DNA of 64,000 bases from an uncultured virus (IMG/VR IMGVR_UViG_3300044591_001667) (Duplodnaviria > Heunggongvirae > Uroviricota > Caudoviricetes). The stretch lies in IMG/VR virus record IMGVR_UViG_3300044591_001667. The stretch is one strand, 5' to 3'. Positions 44,672 to 53,854 of this stretch are shown here, piece after piece. How positions within the stretch are numbered: the stretch's first letter is position 1; each line of letters opens with the position of its first letter. The notes under the pieces were generated by a model. It saw nothing but the letters and a program-made list of their open reading frames with translations. It did no database searches and had not been told where the DNA came from. A program made the position numbers and the translations under genes.

Positions 44672-45148
44672 TTATTTTTCTTTGTCTAAGAGTACACGAG
44701 GTACCCATTTTTGTTTAGTTAGGGCTAACAAGGCGTGTCGTATTGCATCATTAGCATGACCTTCTCCGCCAACGTGCCAAGTCCCAATCTTTTTGAGGGC
44801 ATCGTTGGGGAACATGTTCTTGGCATCAACGGGGTTTTGCATCCAAATCCCATCTACTGAGTAGCCTTCCTCCCTACAGAGATGCTTGAGGACACCTATC
44901 TGCTCCAAGGAGTAGGGAGCTTGACTATTTCGCACAGTCGCAGCATTTATAATAAAACGTTCACAAACGACTTTAAACGATGGTGCATTTTTAAACTGAG
45001 CCATTACAGCCCGAATATCGGCAGCAAAATCTTCAGGCTGAGACTCCATCGAGTAAACCTTTACTGGCAAATCATCGGACCCACCGCTCCACGTAAGTAG
45101 AGCTATGCCAGTTGCCTTACCTGGGTCTACAGATAAAACCGCATACAT
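44672..45148 (-). CDS. RuvC-like Holliday junction resolvase
   Basis: VLSVDPGKATGIA, VVCERF, EQIG and HANDAIRH. Confidence 0.8.
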   Translation of the reverse strand: MYAVLSVDPGKATGIALLTWSGGSDDLPVKVYSMESQPEDFAADIRAVMAQFKNAPSFKVVCERFIINAATVRNSQAPYSLEQIGVLKHLCREEGYSVDGIWMQNPVDAKNMFPNDALKKIGTWHVGGEGHANDAIRHALLALTKQKWVPRVLLDKEK

Positions 45149-46974
45149 TATTCGTACTTCTCCCCCCAGTTATTAAGTGGGCCCTCAACATCTGCAGTGA
45201 GCGGTACTGCCCAGCCTTCTCTTGTTGTCATACATTCCTTAACTACTTGTTTAATTTCTTCAGCTTCTCCCTTAGGAGCTTGCAAAACAATTTCATCATG
45301 TACAGGAACAATCAAATAATCTGTTAAATCTGCTTGGTCAAGCTTAAGTAGATTTGATTTAAATACCTCAGCTGCACCACCTTGAATTAAATAGTTGACC
45401 AAGGTGTAAGTGCGCTCCTCATCACAAGGAATGCGACGACCAGTCCAAGTGTGAACATAGCCTTGACCTTCGGTTCTTAATCTTTCTTGACCGATATTAT
45501 CTATTTGTTTTTGGAAAGCCATCATGCCTGGATAGTTGATATCAAAAGAATCGGATACCAAACGCATCTGAGGCTCAGGCACTCCAGCAGTTAGAGCTTG
45601 CTTTGCTACTCCCGCTCCGTAGAGTCGTCCATAAACAACACCCTTGATGAGATTACGACGCTTGTCCGACTTTTGCATAGTTGGGTCTTGATAAACCTGA
45701 CGACCAATTTCGGTGAACGGGTCTGAGCCAGTTGCATCGGCCATGTTAAACAGGTTGATGAGATTCTCATCCCCTGAGAGCGATGCAAACATACGGAACT
45801 CAACCTGATCAAGGTCGGAAGTGATGATTACATGGTCTGGGTCTTTAGGTATAAATGCTCGACGCACAGTTGCATCTCCCTTTGGAAGAGTCTGCAACGC
45901 TGGGTCGGTAATAGACATACGGGATGTTCTAGCAGCAACAGTTTTGATAGATGGATGTAGAACTCCATCTATGTTCATGTTAATGAAATTTAAGAAATAA
46001 GTGCTAGCTAGTTTTTCAGCCTTGCGAACTTGAAGAACTATTTCGGCTAACTCTTTTACTTCAGGATTACTATTAATAGCCAATTTGTCTAGTTGGTCTT
46101 TTGCAGCAGATTTTTGCCCAGATGCGGTGAACTCGGTAATCTCTCCACCAAGCTCTTCTATCATTCTTACAAGTTGCTGATTGCTTGTTATAGAACCGCC
46201 GTATCTGTTAAAAGCCCATAGTTTAGTTTTTTCTGTGTAATCCAAAAGTTCTTCGTATTTCTTTTTGGAATAGTCGACATCAACTCGAGCGCCATTTATC
46301 TCCATACGGGTAACAACTTTTCTTGCACCCATTTCAAGTTCATATGCTCGGTTGTAAGGACCATTTGGACCACACTTTTCCCAAAACATTTCCCAAAGAC
46401 GCATTGTTAGAACAGTGTCGAGTGCTCCATAAGACCAGAATGGTTCAAATGAAATAGGAACTGTTCCCCAAGTCCACCCATTTGCAGCAAGCTCTTCATC
46501 AAGTTTGCTTTGTAGATGTGCAGCGTAAGGGTCGATGTGCTGAGCGGAAAGTTCTTTCAATGCTCCTGACCCAAGTGGATCGACAATGTGAGCCATAATC
46601 ATCGTGTCATGTGCACGGTCCCAAGGGATACGCCACTTAGATTTAATCTCAAACCAACGAGCTTCAAACGCAATGTTGTGACAGACGATTGGACCGTCAA
46701 AACGATTCATTGCTTCGTAGAAGACACCGTTCCATTCATCCCAAGGGATAGACCAACCAGTCATTCCATCTCCTACTTGAACAAGTCTTAATTGACCATG
46801 CCAAGGAGATAGGGCATCTTTACGCTGCCCTCCTGGAAGTTCACCAGTTTCAGTGTCAATTGCAATAGCGTTATATGGACGTCGCTCACCTAGCCAGTGA
46901 AGAAACTCCTGCGCTTTTTCTACAGTATCAACAAGCTTTAGTTGAACTCCTGTTAAATCTCGTCTCTCAGTCAC
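45148..46974 (-). CDS. polA: Family A DNA polymerase (3'-5' exonuclease + polymerase)
   Basis: DTETG, YGALD, TSRMS..DPALQ, motif A DLDQVEFR, motif B RNLIKGVVYGRLYG, NYLIQG and motif C VHDE. Confidence 0.95.
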   Translation of the reverse strand: MTERRDLTGVQLKLVDTVEKAQEFLHWLGERRPYNAIAIDTETGELPGGQRKDALSPWHGQLRLVQVGDGMTGWSIPWDEWNGVFYEAMNRFDGPIVCHNIAFEARWFEIKSKWRIPWDRAHDTMIMAHIVDPLGSGALKELSAQHIDPYAAHLQSKLDEELAANGWTWGTVPISFEPFWSYGALDTVLTMRLWEMFWEKCGPNGPYNRAYELEMGARKVVTRMEINGARVDVDYSKKKYEELLDYTEKTKLWAFNRYGGSITSNQQLVRMIEELGGEITEFTASGQKSAAKDQLDKLAINSNPEVKELAEIVLQVRKAEKLASTYFLNFINMNIDGVLHPSIKTVAARTSRMSITDPALQTLPKGDATVRRAFIPKDPDHVIITSDLDQVEFRMFASLSGDENLINLFNMADATGSDPFTEIGRQVYQDPTMQKSDKRRNLIKGVVYGRLYGAGVAKQALTAGVPEPQMRLVSDSFDINYPGMMAFQKQIDNIGQERLRTEGQGYVHTWTGRRIPCDEERTYTLVNYLIQGGAAEVFKSNLLKLDQADLTDYLIVPVHDEIVLQAPKGEAEEIKQVVKECMTTREGWAVPLTADVEGPLNNWGEKYE

Positions 46975-46988
46975 TTACAGTCTCTCTG

Positions 46989-47459
46989 TTAAGGAATCAT
47001 CTCTATTCTATAGATTGATTCTATTTTTTCATCATACTTAGCTGCTTGTTCTAGAAGCCGCTGAGCTACATGAGTTAGATATCTTGCCCCACCAGCATCA
47101 TACTTGTAAAGAGCATCTAGCACAGGTTCAGGGTCTTCTGAGACTTGAGCCCAAGTGCGGTCTTTTTCTGGGAAAATGATAGGAAGGTTCTTACTTGGGT
47201 AGCACTCTTCGCATGGTAGAGAGTCTGTTTTTAGCTCTTCCGAGGAGGCTTCTACAAGTGCATATCGCTTCACTAGTGGACAAGCTGCCCCATGAAAAAC
47301 TAATGAAACTCCAACTCTAGAAAGAATATATGAGCCATTTTCTGTTTTGTAAAGTTTAAACTCAATCCATCGAGTAGAGCCACGACGCCAAGAAGACGAC
47401 TCACCTAAAAGACGACCACTGAATTGGAGGGTACGAGAACCGTCCTTTACTTCATACAT
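46989..47459 (-). CDS. Hypothetical protein (H/C/CxxC, possible metal site)
   Basis: Start overlaps the upstream stop; HGAAC...CEEC. Confidence 0.7.
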   Translation of the reverse strand: MYEVKDGSRTLQFSGRLLGESSSWRRGSTRWIEFKLYKTENGSYILSRVGVSLVFHGAACPLVKRYALVEASSEELKTDSLPCEECYPSKNLPIIFPEKDRTWAQVSEDPEPVLDALYKYDAGGARYLTHVAQRLLEQAAKYDEKIESIYRIEMIP

Positions 47460-47938
47460 TACGGCTGTGTCCCCTCTGGAGTAGGTTCGTTAGGGACTGC
47501 TTCGCCCGTTTCTGGGTCATGAGTGTGATCCTGTGTCTCATCACCATGCTCGTGAATAAACTCAGCTACTGCTGCATCATAGTCAGCTTCTAGCATTACT
47601 TTTACTCTTTCGTCAAAGTCTTTGTAGTAGATGTAGTTCCACCACAAAACAATTTCATTTTGACACCATTCAACTTCTGACCAACCCTTTACAGGCCAAG
47701 GTTCTGCATGATTAAATTCATTTAATTGGACTAAAGTCATAGTGTCCATTTTTGCATCAAGGTATTTAAGAACATTGTCCATGTGGCTGTAAATAACTTC
47801 TGCAGGGATAGAAGGTAGCTCACTCTCGTTACCCACATTAATTACAGTGTGAGATTCTTCTCCGCTTTCTGCAACAAATTTTTTACAGATGACAGGACGT
47901 TTTTCTGCTTCATAGAAGTTTGGAACGTATTCTATCAT
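47459..47938 (-). CDS. Hypothetical acidic protein following the tail fibre
   Basis: ATGA overlap with the fibre stop; His-rich HEHGDETQDHTHD. Confidence 0.7.
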   Translation of the reverse strand: MIEYVPNFYEAEKRPVICKKFVAESGEESHTVINVGNESELPSIPAEVIYSHMDNVLKYLDAKMDTMTLVQLNEFNHAEPWPVKGWSEVEWCQNEIVLWWNYIYYKDFDERVKVMLEADYDAAVAEFIHEHGDETQDHTHDPETGEAVPNEPTPEGTQP

Positions 47939-49506
47939 TTTGCATCCTTTAGTCGTTGTACTTCTTCTTTGAGGAAGTCTATCTCAGCTTGTTGGGATTT
48001 TAGGAGTTCTATAGCAAGTGTCGAAAGGAGGCCGTAATTTAGAGCAATTGGCTCTTGTTTTTCATTATATGCAACTATCTCTTCAATGCCTGTTTCAAGA
48101 ACTTCTTCAGCAATATATCCGTACATCCACTCTCGATTAAGAGCTTGTTGGTCTTGATTAACCAAATCTTTGTATTTATATCTTTTTAGCTTAAGATTTA
48201 AAATTTTCTTAGGGTCTACTTCATAATCTGTAATTTCTTTTTTGAAGAGCTTACTTGAAGTAGATACTCCACCAACAATACCTGACACCTGAACACCGTG
48301 AAGGTGGCTACCGTCTCTACCTAAGTGGCTGTGACCTGAAAGTGGACCAGAAGCCGTTGTAATACTACCGCCTGTAAATGAGTGGCTGTGAGCTGGAACT
48401 GTTCCACCGCTGTGGGTGTGGTTTCCAAGAGCAACTTGGTTAGAGCCAGTACCAGTTGGAATACGAGCTATGTTGAGAGTACCACTATCAATTTTTGCTG
48501 CAGAAATTTGCGGAATTCTTGCATCGGAAAAAATACCATTTGTAATTTTTGCAGTTGATAGGTCTGGAATTCTTGCAGTAGAAAAAGCACCAGTAGTAAT
48601 TTTACCTGCATCTAAATTTGGAATTCTTGCGGCATCAAAAGTTCCAGAAGTAATTTTACTTGCAGATATGTCTGCAGCTACTCTAATGTTAGTGACTGCT
48701 CCTACTGCCAACTTATCACTTGTAATTTGTCCATTAACAATTTGCTCAGTAAGAATAGAACTATCTTGAATATGTAGATTTCCTTGAATAGTTTTTGCAG
48801 CAATATCTACGCCTTGAATTGTACTTGGAAATATTTTTGCGCTTGTTATTGCATTATCTTGGATATTTTCTGTACCAACTGCGTTAGCAGCAAGCTCTGA
48901 ATTTCCTACAGCATCTAAGGCAATCTCAGAGCTGCCTACAACCTCGGCACCTATCTCTGAAGAACCAACAGCGTCAGCTGCGATTTCCGATGAGTTGACA
49001 GCATCTGAAGCAATCTCGCTGTTTCCTACAGAGTCAGTCTGAAGGTTTTCTGAAGCAGCGGCGTCTACGCCTAATTCAGAAGCACCAACTGAATCCTGTG
49101 AAATTTCGGAAGACCCAATAGCGTCGGTAGCTACTTCATCATTTCCAACAGCGTCGGTAAGAATATTTTCTCGGTAAACAGCATCAACTGATAACTCGCT
49201 GGTGCTTACAGAGTCTCCTGCAATTTCCGCAGAACCTACAGCATCTGTTGCAATTTCTGAAGATCCCACAGAATCGACATCAAGCTGCGAACTACTTATA
49301 GCAGAATCAGAAACAAGCTCTCTTGTAATTGACTGAACCATGATTTTGTCTGTGCTGACAACTCTTGGAGCAAGGTTGTTTTCATCAACAGCAAAATTGC
49401 CTAGTCTAGAAGGTGATGGTCTACTCTCTAGATACTTAATTCTGCGCTGAACATCGGAAATAGAGCCAGTGATTGTTCTATTTCTACTTCTTCTTCTACT
49501 CGCCAA
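47935..49506 (-). CDS. Tail fibre with C-terminal peptidase S74 intramolecular chaperone
   Basis: Decapeptide DAVGSSEIAx repeats, 15-aa KITSGTFxxARIP repeats, HxH motifs, and SSKLFKKEI...YGYIAEEV...LNY plus a coiled coil. Confidence 0.85.
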   Translation of the reverse strand: MASRRRSRNRTITGSISDVQRRIKYLESRPSPSRLGNFAVDENNLAPRVVSTDKIMVQSITRELVSDSAISSSQLDVDSVGSSEIATDAVGSAEIAGDSVSTSELSVDAVYRENILTDAVGNDEVATDAIGSSEISQDSVGASELGVDAAASENLQTDSVGNSEIASDAVNSSEIAADAVGSSEIGAEVVGSSEIALDAVGNSELAANAVGTENIQDNAITSAKIFPSTIQGVDIAAKTIQGNLHIQDSSILTEQIVNGQITSDKLAVGAVTNIRVAADISASKITSGTFDAARIPNLDAGKITTGAFSTARIPDLSTAKITNGIFSDARIPQISAAKIDSGTLNIARIPTGTGSNQVALGNHTHSGGTVPAHSHSFTGGSITTASGPLSGHSHLGRDGSHLHGVQVSGIVGGVSTSSKLFKKEITDYEVDPKKILNLKLKRYKYKDLVNQDQQALNREWMYGYIAEEVLETGIEEIVAYNEKQEPIALNYGLLSTLAIELLKSQQAEIDFLKEEVQRLKDAK

Positions 49507-51511
49507 TTGTTTTTATCTTTCTCTTTTTGTCAACTTTCCAGTCGGGAACTAAGACTAAATCTACCGTTTCAGGGAATGTAGGACTGTCTGGGACAGACAC
49601 TTTATAGGACTCGATTTTTCTAATAATTAAATCGTCACGGGGTTCTTGATCATTACCAAGTCTTTGTCGTATGAACTCATCATCAATAATAATTGAGCAC
49701 CAATTACCTGGGTTGTAAGAACCAATAAGTGGGGATAGAGAGCCATTGACTTGAATGTTGTAGGTGCCTATTGGAGGCAGGGATTCGTAAAGATAATCCT
49801 GAGCGTACTCAAAGAGAGCATTTTCATCTTCAACTTCGTCTATCTGTTCTACTTGGTCTAAAAGAGGCCAACTTCTACCCTCTGTATTAGAAAGGTAGCC
49901 GCGGACAGCTGCTCCAGCATATGGCTGACTAGCGTCATCGTTCATATCTTCTATACGACCCACCACAAAGAATCGAGTAGCGGACTCTTCTGCAGATTCT
50001 TCAACAGTAAATGTAAGAATATTTCCTGGATACTCAAAAACTAATTTATCAGCGCCAACTTCTTCTGCGGTGTAGTAATCACCATTAGCTGGCTCAAATT
50101 CAATGTCTGCAGAGAAAACTTCAAACTTTCTTGTAAAGCTGACAGTGTCGTAGTCGTAGTCGCAATCGATGCGGTACTCAAAAGCGCCTTCTACAGAGTT
50201 TGAATAATCTTCTAAAATTTCTCCAACTGTTTTATTTTGATACCCTCTAAAAGTAAGAGTATCTCTGTAGTAGCCACTTTTAATTGAACTATCAAGAGCA
50301 ATACCAATGTCAGAATTTGCAAGATAACTTCCAAAGTCACCATAACTTACTTTGGCACCCATTGTCACTGTACCGCCAGACACTGGCCTAAAATCTGTCA
50401 ATACGGCACCAGTTACGTATCTAATTTTATTAGTTGCTGGGACACTACTGATAACTTGACGACCGTCATAAGTAGTATCTAGAACCCCTGCAAAAAACGA
50501 ATCAACGCCTTTTACAACAACAGAAGAACCAACAATCGAGTTATGTGTTCTATCTAATGTAAGCTCTGCTACACCAACATTGTCCATTGATCTAGACACT
50601 ACGTTATAAGTTTGAAGTCCTCCAACGGCACTAGCTGGAACATCTGGACCGTTCAATACATATCTAAAAGTTGTTGGAGTGGGAACTTCAGTTACAAAGT
50701 GAGTGCCCTCTAAATTTGAACCAATCTCGTATAAAGATACTTCTTGTCCAACAATAATGTCGTGCTCTTTTTCTGTAGTAATAGTCACTACGTTTGCAGA
50801 GCGCTCTTTTTTAACTACTGGAACATCATAATCTTTGGCAGGTCTAATAGCTTCATTAGCAAAATTAATTCCTCCCAAATCTGTGTTAATTCTATAGACC
50901 AAATCACGAGCAACATCAAAAGTATCTGCTAATAATCTACAAGCACCAGAAGTGCTAGTTCCTGAGGTGTTAGCTGAAGTGCTCAGATATTGAAATTGAT
51001 TTGAAGCAGTGATATTTGTAATCTCATGAGTCCCATTTACTGCAGGGTTAACTGTGCTAATGCTTATATTTTGACCTTTTGCAAACCCGTGAGGCCCATC
51101 TGTAGTTATTGTTCCTACACCATTAGAGACAGAATAGTTAGTAACTCCAATAAACTCAGAGCCGTAAACAATAGTTTGCCAAATATTTCTATGGTAGAGA
51201 TAGCTGATAAATTCGGCTCCATCTACTGTTAATTCTTGACTCCGAACATCATAGCTGCGAGACCAAATAATTCCACCCCAGACGCAGACGCCGTTGCGCA
51301 TAATGTAGATACCAGTTCTGCCCGGCATTGTTGCTTCATATAAATCTAAGGCTTTTGTAGTTTCAATAAATGGGATAGTCCCAGAAAAAGCACCAGCTTT
51401 TCTATTTACTCTCTCATAAGAAACATTCTTAAAAGGAACCTCGGAAATAACAGTATTAGTCAATAAATCTGTTAAGTAGTATCGGTATTCGACATTAGTC
51501 TGTAGTGTCAC
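49496..51511 (-). CDS. Minor tail (tail-tip/Tal-position) protein with three inserted beta modules
   Basis: YRYYLTDLLT, AGAFSGTIP, VWGGIIW, FEYPGNI, WPLLD; follows Dit. GTG 51511 with AAAGGA RBS is the preferred start. Confidence 0.8.
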   Translation of the reverse strand: MTLQTNVEYRYYLTDLLTNTVISEVPFKNVSYERVNRKAGAFSGTIPFIETTKALDLYEATMPGRTGIYIMRNGVCVWGGIIWSRSYDVRSQELTVDGAEFISYLYHRNIWQTIVYGSEFIGVTNYSVSNGVGTITTDGPHGFAKGQNISISTVNPAVNGTHEITNITASNQFQYLSTSANTSGTSTSGACRLLADTFDVARDLVYRINTDLGGINFANEAIRPAKDYDVPVVKKERSANVVTITTEKEHDIIVGQEVSLYEIGSNLEGTHFVTEVPTPTTFRYVLNGPDVPASAVGGLQTYNVVSRSMDNVGVAELTLDRTHNSIVGSSVVVKGVDSFFAGVLDTTYDGRQVISSVPATNKIRYVTGAVLTDFRPVSGGTVTMGAKVSYGDFGSYLANSDIGIALDSSIKSGYYRDTLTFRGYQNKTVGEILEDYSNSVEGAFEYRIDCDYDYDTVSFTRKFEVFSADIEFEPANGDYYTAEEVGADKLVFEYPGNILTFTVEESAEESATRFFVVGRIEDMNDDASQPYAGAAVRGYLSNTEGRSWPLLDQVEQIDEVEDENALFEYAQDYLYESLPPIGTYNIQVNGSLSPLIGSYNPGNWCSIIIDDEFIRQRLGNDQEPRDDLIIRKIESYKVSVPDSPTFPETVDLVLVPDWKVDKKRKIKTIGE

Positions 51512-51525
51512 TAGAGGAGTCCTTT

Positions 51526-53853
51526 TTATCCAAGCCAACCAGATCGATAGTAGATGCGAAGACTAGCATCTCCATTTGTATCTCCACCGTCAATAAACTC
51601 AATTTCGTTATTTCCTGGAGCTAGTTCAATAAAATCTGCTAGAACGTCAATTCTTCCCCGAGCGCCATCAACTACACCATTAAAAGCAACTTCTCGATTT
51701 TTTGTGTCAATTTCTAATACGTCTGCACTAAGAGTTGCAGTTGCATTAGCAATACCTGGAGTAAATATAACGTCATTCTTTTTAATCGCTTTTCCGCTTG
51801 CTAAAGTTTTTGGAATAGTGTCAGAAACGCTGGCAACTCCATTTGCACCAGAGAATGGGAGGCTTCCAGAAACTGTAGCAATTCCACTTGGGGTCACTGG
51901 TACAGATGTTGCAATACCGAGTAACTCGATAAATACGGTTGTCACCTCTGTGTTTGGAATATCGGTTCCAGAAATAACCATTGTAAAAGAGTTAGCAGTT
52001 AAAACAGATGCAACAGACCTGACTCCACCACCAAAGGGGGTAGTCCCAGTAAAGGTAAGCTCTGCTCCTGTGTAAAGCCCGTGGGAACTAACTGTTGTTA
52101 TGGTGACAATATTTCCAGTTCGTAGATAAGACTTAACTTTTCTTGAGGAAGGCTCAACAAAACCAGCGGTCACAGATGTCGGAATTAAGTTAGCAACACT
52201 CTTTGTGTAGGCAAAGGTTGTTGTACTAGGCACTGCGGTGATTGTAAATGTTCCGTCATAGCTAGGGTCTACGCCAGAAATTACTACTTTCTCGCCAACA
52301 ACGTAGTTGTGAGGAGTGCTAGTCGTAAGAACTACAGTGTTTGAAGAAGCTGATCTAATCGAAATACTTCTTTCATTAGAAGAGGCTCTCTTAAATTTAA
52401 AGCTTGTTGAGGTAGGAATGTCTGTGATTGTGTACGTTCCATTAAAGTATGCGTCAACATTTGTAATAGAAACAGGCTCACCAATAATAAACCCATGAGC
52501 AGCACTAGTGACAAGAGTTGCTACGTTTAGGTTTAATTCTTTACTAATTATTTCTTTAGCGTTTGTACGAGTTGCAGCATAGCTAAAAGTATTAGAAGTT
52601 GTTGCCGTAATTGTGTAAGAACCATCAAATGGTATGCCAGTATTTGAAACAGTGACAGTATCACCAATAATAAATTGATGCTCATCTGCGGTAGTTAAAG
52701 TTGCAATATTAGAGACAACTACCTTGCCTGTAACAGCTTTAGGCGGAACACGGGTTTTGGCATATGTAAATGTAGTTGCGTTTGGGACTCCTGTGATTGT
52801 GTATGTTCCATCAAAAAGACTGTCAACTCCAGTAACAGTTATCGAATCATTTGTACCAAAACCATGCGCGGCTGCTGTTTCAAGTCTTGCAACACTACTC
52901 TGTAAAGACTTTGTTACAACATCATTGATAACGGCTGATTCTGTTTCAAAAGTAAAAGTGGTGTCTGTAGGAGTAGAAGTAATCAATTGCTGACCATCAA
53001 ATGGGAATCCAACGTTTGAGATGTAGATTTCATCTCCTACACTAAAATCATGCTTTGCTGTTGTTGTCATTGTTGCCACATCTACAAGTTTTGTAGTGTC
53101 AAAAACAAGCTGCTTATTTACAATGGCTCGAACAATACTTCCCTTTAGAGATTGCGTAATCAACATAAGTTTGTCTGTAGTTCTATTGTAAATAGAAGCA
53201 GGAGAAATAAGAGGTCCTGTAATTTCTAAAATACATGGGACAGGGTAGTTTCCAATGTTCTGAACAGCACCAACACCGTTATAACCCGCCTCGTTATTTT
53301 TTACAGGAACTTCACCTACGTTGTAACCATCTGGGCTTGCATCGTTCCAAGAGTATTTAATTGGGTCTGCGGCACGAAGTCCAATCTCAAACTCTGTTCT
53401 TCCACGAGCATTTCTTGTGTCAATCTCTACAGAACCACTTAAGCGAACAAAAGATGCTCGAATTGGGTCGTTACCAGTTTTAAGCCATGCTCCTTTGTAA
53501 ACCAAGTCGCAAGCGGCTACAAGCCTATCTCGGGCTGATTCTACTTGGGAAGGATTTTGAACTAGGTATACGCCTTTTATTACAAGATCTCTAGCGTTAT
53601 ATCTGCCTTGTACATCATAAGAACCGTCTCCAAAACCACGAGGGATATCAGGCATTTCAGCAGATGGCATAGTCCACCAGCCTTCAATGTCGGTAATTAC
53701 CCAAACAACACCTTCGTCATCAATCGTATTAAAAATAAAGTCTCCAAGAATAATGTTTGCTTGAAGTTTTAATTTTTCAATGTAGTCAGGTTGTAATGGG
53801 GTTAATCCTCTATCTACATAAAAGTTTTCTTGTCCTTGGTTATAAGCAGCCAT
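51526..53853 (-). CDS. Distal tail (Dit-like) protein with a six-module insertion
   Basis: Directly after the tape measure; WVITDIEGW, RGFGDG, LRAADPIKY, NIGNYPV, LAPGNNEI and YRSGW. Confidence 0.85.
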   Translation of the reverse strand: MAAYNQGQENFYVDRGLTPLQPDYIEKLKLQANIILGDFIFNTIDDEGVVWVITDIEGWWTMPSAEMPDIPRGFGDGSYDVQGRYNARDLVIKGVYLVQNPSQVESARDRLVAACDLVYKGAWLKTGNDPIRASFVRLSGSVEIDTRNARGRTEFEIGLRAADPIKYSWNDASPDGYNVGEVPVKNNEAGYNGVGAVQNIGNYPVPCILEITGPLISPASIYNRTTDKLMLITQSLKGSIVRAIVNKQLVFDTTKLVDVATMTTTAKHDFSVGDEIYISNVGFPFDGQQLITSTPTDTTFTFETESAVINDVVTKSLQSSVARLETAAAHGFGTNDSITVTGVDSLFDGTYTITGVPNATTFTYAKTRVPPKAVTGKVVVSNIATLTTADEHQFIIGDTVTVSNTGIPFDGSYTITATTSNTFSYAATRTNAKEIISKELNLNVATLVTSAAHGFIIGEPVSITNVDAYFNGTYTITDIPTSTSFKFKRASSNERSISIRSASSNTVVLTTSTPHNYVVGEKVVISGVDPSYDGTFTITAVPSTTTFAYTKSVANLIPTSVTAGFVEPSSRKVKSYLRTGNIVTITTVSSHGLYTGAELTFTGTTPFGGGVRSVASVLTANSFTMVISGTDIPNTEVTTVFIELLGIATSVPVTPSGIATVSGSLPFSGANGVASVSDTIPKTLASGKAIKKNDVIFTPGIANATATLSADVLEIDTKNREVAFNGVVDGARGRIDVLADFIELAPGNNEIEFIDGGDTNGDASLRIYYRSGWLG

Positions 53854-53854
53854 T

